Assembly (NCBI GenBank): GCA_000165425.1
Contig: CT868429.1
Location: 700,196 to 764,195 of the forward strand
Source of the DNA: Paramecium tetraurelia
Taxonomy: Eukaryota
Reading direction: 5' to 3'
Length of the DNA: 64,000 nt
A program made the translations under genes and the position numbers. The notes beneath the pieces are model-generated. The model was not told where the DNA came from and did not search any database. It was given only the letters and a program-made list of their open reading frames with translations. This document shows, in pieces, positions 31,080 to 44,020 of this stretch. Numbering within the stretch: position 1 is the stretch's first letter; each line of letters starts with the position of its first letter.

Positions 31080-31164
31080 ATAAAAATTAAATAAAGATTT
31101 TTGTTTATTTAAGGGTTATTGCATTTGTTCATTATTTTTTATTTTAAAAAATGTATATATATAT

Positions 31165-34100
31165 TCACTTCCCATTGAACAGATGAACTTGCCCGATTGC
31201 TTAAGCTTCGAACATTTCCCTCCCACTTATTGAGTTCTGCTTCTTCAATAAGGGATCATCCCCTTAATTAGCCACAAAAACTATAGTTTTTTCATCAAAC
31301 CACTCCTCACACAACGGCAACTCGGCCCCAGGAGGGATAGTTGAAATGATCAAGTCGAATTTGTGATTCCTCTCAGACTGCCTCATGAATTCCACCTTGC
31401 TCTACTTTGCCAAAGCCTCTACTCTCTAAGCATTCCTTCCATACAAAAACACTTATAATAAAAATAGTTTTGCAGCCACAAAAATAGCAGTCTTTGCAGT
31501 ACCCCCATTCCCCAAAATTAAACATTTTTGCATGTTCCTAGGAAACCTAATAAATATCGGCCAAAACATCCCCCACCAATCCGTATTAAATCCAATCAAT
31601 TGATTCTCATACTTTATTATACAATTCACAGCTCCTATTATTTACGCCTCTATTGATTATTCTGTCAAGTATTATTGAACCTAGGTATATTATTGATTCT
31701 TACTTCTTCTTTAAATGGCATTGTAATGGAGGCACCCTAGAAATTGATGTCATTAAGATACGGTTTAGCTTATTCAATTTTTTTAATTGAAACTTTAGTG
31801 TAAAATTTATTATGTTGTTGATTGAGCTAGTCAAAATGTTTTTAATGAAGTAAATCACTTCTTGATAAAGATAAATCATCACCAAATATGTGATAATTTT
31901 ATGTTATCTCAAAATTGGCTAGGCTTCTAATCGATCGCAATTACTGTATAGTACATTGACCAACTGCTGTAGGGGTCAAACAAGATAAGGGAACCATAAA
32001 TTTATTTAAGGTTCTGTACAACTGCGAATTAGGACCCATTGAAACAACTAAATATGGTATCACAAACTTCATGCCCATGAATAGCTTTGATATCTCCTAG
32101 TATGTAAGTTCTGATGGATAAGCATTTTGATGAATTGCCAATTTCAATAAACATATTGTATTAGGATTGTGTTCTGAGATATATTTCATTCTGTCTATAA
32201 ATTCAATAATCTACAACTTTTCTGTTTTCTCAAATAAGTGTTATGACAAAATAATAGAATTATTATAATTTTGTGAAATCCTTACATTATTAAATAAATC
32301 CATCTCTATATCAAAATAATCTCCAATGAAGCTATTTTGCCATTATTCAATTATCTTAACATATTGAGTTCCAGTATAAAATCCTCCTTAGGATTTGGTT
32401 CTCAAAGTAAATATTATTGGAATATCAAGATAGAATTTGATGTTGTAAATTTATTATCTAATCTATTCAAATTAATCTTCAATGTTTTCAATCTTATCCA
32501 TCCTTACTTCCAATAAGTTATGATTTCTGTTTATGAAATGAATCTTCTGATGATCTAAAATTGTTAATTCTTCATAAAATATGCATGCAAAATTAGTATC
32601 TGAAACATATATTTTGTTCTTTGGAAAATTTAAATGTTAAATGTTCTTTATGAAATGCAAATAAAGTTCATTTACTCTATGATAATATCTTGTAATATCA
32701 TAATTGGATGTAATTTGTTAAATATATTTTCTGCTTGGCAAAGTAAAAACATATTTACTGACTCTCTAATAGATTGATTTTCTCCTATTATATATCTCCA
32801 TAACATTTCCAATTTGTGGTCTATTCTGAGATTATAAATCTTCAATTAACTCATTTATATCTTTTTCAATCCATATCACATTTTTACCAATCAATAACTA
32901 CTATATTTACTCATCCTCTATGATTCCACCTCCACAATCAACTACAACATTCTTTTGATATTTCAATAATATCTGTATAAATTACTCTTTTTCACTTCTT
33001 CTAAACTATTCCCATCCATTATTTGTGACAAATTCATTTATATTATTGGAAATCAAATTATCAATGCTAATATATTCAAAACCTAATTGCTTGCATATAT
33101 ATTAAGACAGTGTACTTTTACCTGCCCCCCTCATGCCAATAATATACAATGGTTCCTTATAGTATTAGTAATTGTATAAGAATTCTTATTCCTAGTTATA
33201 TGTTAGTGCCTATTGATATAACCCTAAACTTTGGATATGATTATAGAAATCAGGGAATGTTTTCCTTACACAATCTTTATTATCAATAATGATTCTATAT
33301 TAATATTGCACTTTCTCAAAATGCCCTCCCAAAATACTAAAGGCCATTGCAATTCTGTGATCATTATATGTATTGATTGTGATATCCTTTCTATAGCCAT
33401 TGTATTTTTGATATCTTTTGCCTCTAATTAAAATCTCATTATTTTATTATAAACAAACAACGCCAACCTTAATCAAGTTTTCAGTAACAGCCTTGATTCT
33501 ATCGCATTCTTTCACTCTTTAATTTTCAATTCCTTTGATAATACATTGACCTTCAATTGAGGACATTAACAATGCCAAAGATATAAAGGTGTCACTGAAG
33601 TTAATGCAATTAACATCTTGAGGTTTTAAGTCTTAATTCTTTATTATTTTATAAAATCCTTATTCTCTCACTACTTGCATCCCCATCTACTCTATAACAT
33701 CCAAGAATTGTGCATCTCCTTATAACTTGGATATCTTTTTGGTTTCAATCGATCCACCATTTAGCCCAATATGCAATAAGTCATAACTCAATGCAGTAGC
33801 ATCAGGTTCAATATCATAGGTTTGAGCTTTATATACTCCCTTCTTGACTAAGAATTTTGTTTTAGAGAGTCTCTCTACCCTTACTCCATAAATATTCATA
33901 AGTTGAATAGTCATTTCTATATAGGATTCACTAACGATGGTTTCATTTTCATTGCAATCTATGATTTCAATCAGAGTTTCATCATTTGGGAAATAAGGAG
34001 CAGACATTAAGATTCCAGAAACAAATTGACTGCTTAGTTGAGATTTAATTTTGATATGTTTAGCAAATTTTCCATCTATTACTTTGAATGGCAATTATCC

Positions 34101-35616
34101 TTCCTTTTATAAATATATCACATTTAAATCAAGTGCTTCCACCATCTCTTAAATTGGTCTTTCATAAATTCTTTATGCTCCTATAATAGTGACATTCCCA
34201 ATTAGGGCAGCAATAGGGAGTAGAAATCTAGCACAAGTTCCACTTTCTTTGACATTTATTGTGTATTCCTTCTTATAGAATTAGCCTTAACATCCTTCAA
34301 GAATGAGATTATGTTTAGAATGTGTTTGTACTTCACATAATCTTAATTCTTACAAGGAATTTAACATAGCTTTTGTATCATCTGAATCATAAAAATTATT
34401 TAATGAGCTTATTCCTTCTGATAGGGAACTTAACAAAAGCACTCTATTGGTGATACTTTTAGATCCATGTATGGGTTTGCTTGGTCTAATGTCTGAACAG
34501 GCAATTACACAGGATTTAACTAGTATTTTTTTGATAATATCCATTTTAATAGGAGTAGTGTTAAATTTGTGCTTTCCAATTTCTTAAATAAATACAAAGT
34601 TAATTTCTTGTTTTACTACCTTCTTATCAAATTATAAATATTTTAAAACATCTTGTATATTTACATATTCTGGTATTTCAATAGGCAATTCATACTTCAA
34701 AAGAACATTCCTGATTCTATTCCTCATAAGATGACGTATCGATTCCATGTTCTTTAGCCAATATGTTTGCCAAAACCATGCCAATTGATACACATTCGCC
34801 ATGCAACAATTTGCCTTGACTTGCAAATTCAACTGCATGACCAATGGTGTGACCATAATTTAAGATTTTTCGAATATTTTGCTCGTATTTATCTTCTGTT
34901 ACAATACTTAACTTTAAATTAATTCCATATTTTATAATATCTAATAAAGTAGCTTAGTTATTTGGATCCATCAAATAATTATAGTCATAGCATTCCAATC
35001 TCTCGAATAATTTTCTATCAAAACAAGCTGCTATTTTAATGATTTCAGCCAAACCATTAAGAAAGTTTCTTTTGTCCAATGATTGTAAAAATTAGCTGCA
35101 CACTTTGATTCTATAAGGATCATTTATTACTCCTAGTTGATTCTTACCGTAGATGTTGTTGATACCTGTCTTTCCTCCAACACTAGCATCTGCCATTCCC
35201 AACAACGATGTAGGAATCAAAATGAATTTTATTCTGTTGAATAGTTAAATATACCAAACCCTCTCATATATATGCTAGATACGAATCCAACCAAATCAGT
35301 CACCACTCCTCCTCCGACTGCGATCACTAAATCTTATCTACAAAATCTTTTGCTAAACAAGTATTCTGCCACTTCATTCGCAAAATGTAGATTTTTAGCT
35401 CCCTCTCCCACTGGCAATGTGAATGTAATCGCTTATGGAAATTTTTAACAGATCTATTACAAGTAGAGTTATGCGATATTGGTGTCTGAGACCTTATGTA
35501 GATAATTTAGTTACAAAACAGATTTGGGGGTTTCGAAGGTCTTGAATAGTGTTTGCTAGGGAATCAAGTGTTTCATTGAGTGTGTTATGATAGTCAATTA
35601 GGGAGTTTTCTTGATC
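31165..35616 (-). CDS. ARO1: Pentafunctional AROM protein (DHQ synthase, EPSP synthase, shikimate kinase, type I DHQase, shikimate dehydrogenase); start lies in the gap; one apparent frameshift
   Basis: [113 protein letters not shown]. Shikimate kinase: [13 protein letters not shown]. DHQase: [43 protein letters not shown]. Confidence 0.92.
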
Positions 35617-35774
35617 NNNNNNNNNNNNNNNNNNNNNNNNNNNNNNNNNNNNNNNNNNNNNNNNNNNNNNNNNNNNNNNNNNNNNNNNNNNNNNNNNNNN
35701 NNNNNNNNNNNNNNNNNNNNNNNNNNNNNNNNNNNNNNNNNNNNNNNNNNNNNNNNNNNNNNNNNNNNNNNNNN
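35617..35774. other. Assembly gap (158 N)
   Basis: Run of N hiding the 5' ends of both AROM (minus) and T4 (plus). Confidence 0.99.
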
Positions 35775-36699
35775 AAAGAAGGCTGACAAAGTTCACGAAA
35801 GTGACACTGTTGCATTTGAGAAGATCATTGCTGACTTAGAATAAGAAATCGCTTATCATTAAACTTAAATTGTTGCCCTCTCTAACTTGAGAGACTCAAC
35901 AACAGAGGCCTTGGGTGAAGCTGAAGTTGAAGTCAGAGTTGTCACATCCGATATCGCCAATAACGAAAAAAGCTTCGCTGACGAATCAGCCACCAGATAA
36001 TCACAACACGACACATGGGTTAGAAAAGATGCAGAACATGTTGATTAAATTGATGCCATTGATGAAGCCTCAAAGATTGTTCAACATTTATAAGCTGGTG
36101 TTGCTTTTGCCTAACTCAAGAGCAGATTTGAAAAAGTCTAAGCTAAATTGATGGAAAGCAAACATGCTCTCTTCAAAGTATATTTCATTTGCTATTATTT
36201 AACAGCCACTCATCAATGCCTTGACCTAATTGGCTTCCAAGGTTGACAACAAGAGCATCATCAAAATCTTAGAACTCTTGGCCTAAATCAGATAATAATT
36301 GGTTGCCAGCAGAGCTTCACTCCTCGCCACCGAAGAAAGATAAGCTGCTAACTGGGAAGTCTAAAGTGGTCACTTATAAGAAGAACACAAGAGATTAGTT
36401 GAAAGAAAGGCTTTCTTAGAAAACTCAATTGTCCAATTCAAGGTCACCATCTAAGAGGCTGTTGAAGACTTAGAAGATTAAACTGTAAAATAGTCCCACT
36501 ATGTTAGTTATTCCTTGAAGATGCTGAAGATTCATTGGCTATTCAAGAAAGATGGGCTGCTGAATAAGAATCCCAATATGAAGCCTAAACCTTCGAAAGA
36601 GAATAATAATTGGAAGTCGTCGAAAGATTATAAGAAGTCTTAACCTAAAAATTAAGTGCAGCTTCAGAATTCCTCTAAGTTAGAGAAGAAGTATTTTGA
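35775..36699 (+). CDS. TMP4: Trichocyst matrix protein precursor, T4 family (5' end in the gap)
   Basis: KKADKVHESDTVAFEKIIADLEQEIAYHQTQ...GVAFAQLKSRFEKVQAK...LSAASEFLQVREEVF-TGA matches my recollection of P. tetraurelia T4 precursors. Introns at 36178-36205 and 36485-36507. Strongly biased codon usage. Confidence 0.88.
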
Positions 36700-36766
36700 T
36701 TTATCATAATAATAACAATCAAGATTTAAAATGTTATTTCCTAAAATTCTATCATTACTAATACTA

Positions 36767-38398
36767 TCAAAATATTTGATGTATATAAATTTCATTATTA
36801 TTCGATGCGAAGGCAATCTCAGGAGTTTATGAAAAACAAATCGCCTCTATGAAATCGTCCTACTTATATTCATTATAACATTTCCATTGATTTTATGGGT
36901 TCTTCTTCCACAATTAAAGAATATTAGTTTCTCCTCCAATTGCTAGAACTGATGAATCGTGATTAAAGTCAATCGTTCTAATTTTAGCAATATTATTAAA
37001 GATCTTTTGATTTTCTATATATTCTTTTTGTTTCTAATTTTTATTAAAACAATGAACCAAACCATCCTTTGTACAAATAATTAGATCTTCATTATTTACA
37101 CTGAATAAAATTTTCTTAGGAGTGTTATACAATTTCAGTTTTTGAATCTAAGTTAATTTTGTATCCTCGATATTCCAGAGAATTACTTTTTAATCGCATC
37201 CTCCAACAGCCAATGTTTTATCGTCATTTGATAAACTGATAGTGGTGATCAATTCACTTGATTTTTCTTAACAATACTTTAATTCTAAATGAAAATGATT
37301 TATTTTTATAACACCGATACGAATTCCCTCAGCAAAAAATATTTCAGATTCCGAAGAATTCATAGCAACACATGAAATTCTTTAAGATCCATATCCTGAA
37401 TAAATTTAAGACTAAAATGATTGCTTAATAATCCAAGAATGCTCCTTCAAAATCCATATCTTTAATAGAGCCCTATTAGGATTTAACAAATCAGATCCAC
37501 TAGTTATCATAAAGTTTTATAATTCGCTAAATGTAAAATACACTAAAGATTTTGTATAACATTCTAAGTTATGAAATTTGACCCATTGATTCGACTAATT
37601 ATCTTTTTTCCAAAACAATATGTTTTTGCATGGTTCACATAATCTTGCTGCTAGAATAGTTTAATCATAATTTAATTTAATATCAGCTATTGATAATTTT
37701 GAGTTGGATCTTAGTATTTGTCCCTCTTAATTACAAATTAATATCTGATCACTTTCGGTGGGTTTAACTTATTCAATTTGTTCATTTTTTAAATTATTCT
37801 ACAGCATTTGAGTATGGCACATATTATTTTATATTACAAAACTACTTATCATCTAATTTAATTATTATACTAAGTCTAAATATTAATTTGTCTCAGCCTA
37901 TTTTTAATCATTTAAACCTTTTGTTTTCAAAACCAAACTATTCTTTTATTGTTCAAATTCAACCTCTTCTGAAATACATTAAGTTAGAAACTCAAATTCT
38001 TAGAGGCCAAATCCTATCTAATTATTAAATGAATAAATAATTTCGTTGTAAGATTTTAAATGGGTTCTAAATTTGTTATCTTCTAGCGGCCTAGATATTA
38101 TGCTCTTAATTTTTTCATTCATCTAATTAAGTGTTTTTTCAATATTTTAAAAAATTTTCAAATAATCGTTCATTCTCTTATCATTATCATCATCCTAATT
38201 ATTCAGTTATTCACAAATAGTATTGAACTAATGAATCGTAACGCATCGTTTATTTAATTTGCATGATTTACATTTCAATCTTGACATATCCTCACAAACT
38301 CTTGAAAGGTCTAGATGGCTTAGAGGTTCGTTATGCTGATAGCATTTAATATTACGACCACTAAGATGGTTAGCTAAATTGATTCTTTTTTATTGCAT
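36767..38398 (-). CDS. WD40-repeat protein with N-terminal Cys/His motif and coiled coil (expanded Paramecium family), about 543 aa
   Basis: MQQKRINL...KCYQHNEPL...RLKCKSC, then C-terminal WD-like repeats (ITSGSD...LKIW, LAVGGCDQKVILWNI, LAIGGETNILQLWK). Length is divisible by 3. Confidence 0.75.
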
Positions 38399-39416
38399 GA
38401 TGTTTAATAATTCTGAAAATATTATAACAAAATTGTTATTAAAGAATAAAATAGTTGATAGTTTATAAAATTAAATGAATATAGTTGTTAATTAAATTTA
38501 GATTTCTATTTTGTGAAAGATTTCGATTTATTTAATTTTATATCCATAAATTACCTTACATCCTTAAATCTTTAATTGATAGTTAAGGACTATACTTAGA
38601 ATTTATCAAAGAATTTATTGAAATAATAACATCAAAACTATTAATTTCGATTAGATAATATTAGAATTTATTTAACAGATTCTAATTTAAAAATAGGTTC
38701 GACATTTCTTAGCATTTATAGAAATAAAAAAAGAATTCTTCTATTTGCTTAAGCTTTTTGTGTTAATTTTATTATAAGTTGGTATAATTATTTTAGTAAA
38801 TAATAAATATATTACCAGAATTAATTACATATTAATAGCTTATGTATTAAATTTTCAGAGCAATGAAAATGATGAAACAGGTCATAAGGCCAATTAGAAT
38901 TTGCGCTCCAATAATAGCAACAAATAATTATTTGAATATTTACAATTTGAATTAATTCTTTTTGAGGATGTCATTATCAAATAGTGATGACGACTTGGAA
39001 ACCCTTAAAGTAATAGTAGAACACAATATTCGTAGGTTAATTAAGAATTAGATGTCAGGTGCCCTCAGATGATTGTTTGAATTATTCATCATTCCAGATT
39101 AATAACTATTTTATCAACATTTGAATTTTAACTGTTCTTTCGAAAACGAATATAGACATTAGCAAATAGATTGGAGATATGAGGCAAAATAATTACCATT
39201 TCATAAGCAATGCTTCCTGTCTTATATTTCTATATTAATTTTGCTCAAATCTAAATTCGATTTTACATTGATATTTTCGATTAATTCTGTTTGCAAATCT
39301 CACACAATATCTAATGAATTATACAAAATAAGATATATCACTATTTTAGCTTTAAATCGACCTAATCGTATATTTTATCTTTCATTAGTTTAAATACCTT
39401 AATATATATTAACCTG

Positions 39417-40349
39417 ATGTTATTGCTAATTTTTTACGTTTTATCTTTAGCTATGGGGTTGTCTCCATTAGTGTGTGGAGATGTTACAGAGGAAAAGGAT
39501 TGTTTAGATATCATAAATGGAATGTATTTTAATACTAATATTTAGTTATCTATGCAAATGGACAACGAATGGATGTGTTAATATGAAATGTGAATTAGTA
39601 AAACCTCCTTGTGATTAGTTGATTTATGAAAATAAGGCTTGCTCAACAAGTGGGACCAATTGCGTTTCAGTTTCAGAATGCTCAGAGATAGACAACTAAA
39701 GCTCGTGTGGAGTAGTTAAAGCAGGTGGAAGGGATTGCATCTGGGATACTTTATGTAGAATGAAATAATGTTCTGATTATGATCAAGCAAACTGCAAAGT
39801 GTCTAACGATGACAATTGTGTCTTCAAAGATGGAACATGTCAAAAGTTAGTATTTTGCACTGATATCGTTACTAAGGATTTATGTTAGACAATTGATTTG
39901 GCTGATTAATGTGCATGGATAAATGATAAATGCGACATTTTTGATTGCAAAAAATTTACTAATTCGGAAGAATGTTTTTCAGCTGTCTCTAAGACTGACT
40001 CATGCTTTAATGGGGCAGTTGATAATACTGTTAACTGTATGAGTTGTTTCTCGTTGAAAAATCAATGTGATTGCTAACAATACGGGCTTTATGGTTGTAA
40101 ATGGGATACCTAAACAGGAGGATGTATTCGTTAAAAGTAATTAAATAAACGAAAAATAGATGTGAAGACTTTGAGGATACAATTACTTGTCAATAGGCTT
40201 TCGATGGTTTGACTTGCGTATGGTATAAGCCCATGGATTAATGTAAATCAATAGCGAATGCGAATGAATTAGATAGATAATGCGATCTTTATGTCTTCAG
40301 TCAGACTTTGACATTTGGATTGCTTGTTTCGTTGATCATCTATATATGA
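39417..40349 (+). CDS. Small Cys-rich surface protein (mini-antigen-like) with signal peptide and GPI-type tail
   Basis: MLLLIFYVLSLAMG, repeated C..C.W...C motifs, and ends TLTFGLLVSLIIYI-TGA. Two 22-23 nt introns. Confidence 0.82.
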
Positions 40350-40368
40350 AAACAATAATTTTATCAAA

Positions 40369-40980
40369 TCATAAGAGTAATGGTGATCTTTTGTTGTATA
40401 ATCTCTTGATATACCAAATCTGCCATATTGTAACTAAAACAATAAAAATAGTTTCGATGACTGTGAACACGTAGATTTTCTTATTGGCTTCTTTAACCTG
40501 TAGAGTTGATGACTCATATCTGATTTATTAAAATTTATGATCGTAATATAATTCCTAAAGTCCATTATGTATATAATCTATGTCTAGTTCTAAAGGGTCG
40601 ATATCCGTTGATTTGATTTTGTCCTCTTTGTCTTTAATCACATCTACTGCATAAGTAAGCAATTAATTGGCCTTTTTTTTATTGTTAAATATTATTTAAT
40701 ACAAACCAATTTCATTTGCTTAAACAGTGAAATTCCCTTTATTTGTCGCCATTTTTGAATAGATGGTTCTTCCATTGGGAGTTTTCACTTAGAAGTCAAT
40801 CACATCTTTGTGATGATTCACTTAATATGCTCCTTTAATTAAGGTTGGCTCAGTTATATTCTCTAATAATACATCCTCCTAATTGGCTGTTAAAGTGAAT
40901 GTAATAATGTCATCAGGAATGAAATCATAAAATGAGTATACACTTACCAAAAACGTGGCATAAATAAATAAGTATTTCAT
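40369..40980 (-). CDS. p24/emp24/gp25L (GOLD-domain) cargo receptor, 203 aa
   Basis: Signal MKYLFIYATFLVSVYS, GOLD domain (IDFQVKTPNGRTIY...GNFTV...GLYQIIFNN), coiled coil, TM (VFTVIETIFIVLVTIWQIWYIKR) and a short tail. Confidence 0.85.
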
Positions 40981-41015
40981 TATAAAATTAAATTAATTAA
41001 ATTTGGCATATAATT

Positions 41016-42149
41016 TCATTCCATTTGTTCAACATCTTAACTGTTGTCTTGTATTCTGAATCCAATCTGTTTTCTTTGATTTTATTTCATTTTGTATCTT
41101 CTAACCAGAAACATTGCCAAGGTCATCAATAAAATAATGGTAAATATTCCAAGGTATATGAAATATGCATTATTTTAAAAAGAGAATTAGGGTTATTCAT
41201 CATTTAAAGACTCTTACTGTCTTTTATTTCGAATCATTTCTTTTTGGATGATTAATTTTATTAAACCTCTTTCCTCTTCACTCAAATCATTTACACCATT
41301 CTTAATTAAATAATCATTGACTTCTTTCTAGATTTCCTCTTCTGTTTTACCCTACTCCAATAATTCCCTAATCAATAATCTAAGCTTTTATCTAACCTGT
41401 TTCACTTACTCACTTTGACTACTTTCTTCTTCCTATGTCTTCACATCATGAATAATTTCTTCGATACTAGTGTTATTTTGATCTAATGATGTTGAATTAC
41501 TAAAGTAGGATTGAATAAAATCTGTAATCTGTTCTTTAATTTTCTCTTCAGATAAACCCTAATCTAAAAATTCCTATATTTAGTATTCTATTTCTCTCAT
41601 TTCCTATTATTATTAGTTCTTAAGATTCTTATATTATTATATATTCCATGTTGCCTTTGAATTCTTATCAGGTTTATTTTAGTAAGCCTCGATTTCTTTT
41701 TTAATTATCAATAAAACAACTTTACTATTAAATTCTTTAGAATGATCTTTGAGAGTTTTATCTAAACTTTGTGAAATCTTTGTCATTACTATGTTCTTAT
41801 CGTTCTCATCAAGTTAACTAAAATATTAAATATCTTTTTCCAATCTTTAGTTCTCTTCATTACTTTCTTTCTCAAGTTCACCAACCATTTCTAACAAAGA
41901 GAATAATATCTTCTATTTTTCTTCTTGAGTAGCCTTAGCATAATACAATAATCCTTCATTGAATATATAGCCTTCAATTAATTCTAAATCCTACACTTGT
42001 TACTAAGTTAAATTTCCTGATATTTGTTGGAATATTTAATCAAGTGCTTTATTTGATTGATCCCACTTCTCTCCCCTTTTTGGAGGTGCTCCTCTTCCTT
42101 ACAGATTTCTTCCAGATATTTAAAAAATAAGAATAACAAGAATTAACAT
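41016..42149 (-). CDS. Hypothetical type I membrane protein, 377 aa
   Basis: Signal-like MLILVILIFQISG, an acidic helical ectodomain, TM AYFIYLGIFTIILLMTLAMFLV followed by RRYK, and TGA at 41016. Confidence 0.7.
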
Positions 42150-42412
42150 ATTAATTATTAGTAATTTCTGTTATTGTCCTTATAACTATATATAATCTCA
42201 AAATCAACAAATGTTTAATCTCTACTCAACAATCCACAACCAATAGCCCTTCTCAAATTCAAATGAATAAAATTTCTAATATGCTAGAAGCTTCTACCAC
42301 TCTAATATGCAAAACTAATATTAATTTGATTTTATAACAATTTATATATTACAATAAAGTGGGTATGAAATATTAATTATATATTTAATTTTTATCGTTA
42401 AACAGTTTTACT

Positions 42413-42814
42413 ATGACTAGCGAACTTAGCGAGGATAGTAGTTTTTATGATATCAAATTTCCAAGATCTCTTACTACGTCTGTAAGAAAATAAGGTTAGG
42501 AAGACTATTTTTTCGAATTGAAGGAGAAACAAAAGCAAATAGAGGATTTAACTTATTAGGTTAAATTGATGGCAGCCAATAATCAAACTCTGAATCTCTA
42601 GAATTAGATGCAGAAAAGTGAAATCGAAAGATTACTAAGATTTATCAATGAGTAATAAAATGAAATGAAAAAAATGGCTTAAAGAGATAATAAAAAACAA
42701 ATCAATACTAGATCAATTAAAATGCAACTAATTAATAAAATGTGTCAATGGGCTCAACAATTTCCATTGGATTAATAGATTTAATTTGAATAAATAGTTT
42801 AAATGATTATATGA
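42413..42814 (+). CDS. Hypothetical small coiled-coil protein, about 133 aa
   Basis: Open frame MTSELSEDSSFYDIKFPRS...LKEKQKQIEDLTYQVKLMAANNQTLNLQNQ. No recognisable domain; start uncertain. Confidence 0.55.
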
Positions 42815-42826
42815 AATATTTCTAAT

Positions 42827-43643
42827 TCAAAATTTTGTCGCTAAAAATTATTTCAATAGAAATTGAACTTCTATCATCATTTCAGTAAAAGGTTTCTCCT
42901 ATTTTACTGATTTAGCTACTTGCCTCTCTAGACTGTCAAATCCCTGAGACTGAAACTAATGATAGCCATAGAATTATCTGTTGCTCTATTCTTCATCCGT
43001 AGACAACACATTAATTAAATCGAACATCGAATCCTTGATCTTAATACATTATTATTGAATGAATTACTGGTTTTTTGTATCTATTTTTAATTCGATCCTT
43101 CATCCACGCTGAATTTGAAATGGATCTCTCATCATTTAAGGCGTACTTAATATTTGGAGGACAAAATAACTAAAATATTACAGAAAAATACCTGAGTCTT
43201 AATGTCGAAATACCTCGACACAAATATCATCTCGATATCGCAAAGTGTTTAGGTACCAATGATAATGCGATTGCCTTTGTTCTCATTTTAAAAACCTGAT
43301 ATTTGTTGTTCATTAAAAACAGATGCTAATGCACCAGCCATTGATGGTACATAGGTAGATTTCTATTCATTCAAATAAAATTGATTGGAATTATTGAATT
43401 GAAAGCTAGGTACAGAGAGGCCTTAGAGGAATCCTGGAATTTGCATATTATCTTTAAAAATTGAGTCATCTTTATAGAAAATCACATTATACTTGAGTTT
43501 CTGATTTATAATTAAGGAATTTGAGAGTTATTGTAATCCATCATGGAAGTAGGTGGAAAGTTATATACAAAATATGGATATTGGGGTGGTTAGTTTTGTT
43601 GGTCTTTTGATTGCGTCTAAATATCAGTTTAATCATTAAGCAT
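42827..43643 (-). CDS. Hypothetical protein
   Basis: MLNDQTDIQTQSKDQQNQPPQYPYF...; the frame is kept open by three canonical 22-28 nt introns and ends QFLATKF-TGA. Confidence 0.6.
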
Positions 43644-44020
43644 CCCCCCCACATATATATAATTATCATATGTACCTCTACAATACAGAATATTTGAGTA
43701 GATATGAAAATGTTCTATATCCATCTGTTATTGCAACATTTTAATACACTTGGTTGTACTCAATAATTTTTCTATTTACATTTTATTTTTGATTGTTTAA
43801 ACCAATATATTTCTGCTCAGGAATGCAAGTAAGGGAGTAAATTGAGTTGATGAATTAAATTAAATGGCTCCCAATAAAAATGAATAAAATTGAAAAATCT
43901 GAATTGTCTCTTAAAATTTTAATCAATTTTGCAGGAAATAAAAGCCTACTATATTTTGACTAAATGATTTAAGTTTATATGTTTTTGATATATAATATTT
44001 TGATATACAATATTGTTGAT

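Noticed and set aside
34717..34735. 19-nt intron repairing the AROM frame
   Set aside because: It would restore the frame, but it has an atypical GTC donor, is unusually short and deletes residues needed for normal DHQS spacing. A one-base error is more parsimonious, though the intron is not fully excluded.
31165..35616. AROM as bacterial contamination or recent horizontal transfer
   Set aside because: It uses TAA/TAG as Gln, has tiny spliceosomal introns and host-like AT content, and shows the eukaryotic fused order.
38863..39072. 69-codon ORF (MKMMKQVIRPIRICAP...) in a long intergenic region
   Set aside because: There is no recognisable motif or intron support. It may be a gene relic but cannot be supported from sequence alone.
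41300..41600. Similarity of the IRELLEQGKTEEEI motif to bacterial CcmH
   Set aside because: It is a short generic amphipathic helix-turn-helix with no CxxC motif and an incompatible context.
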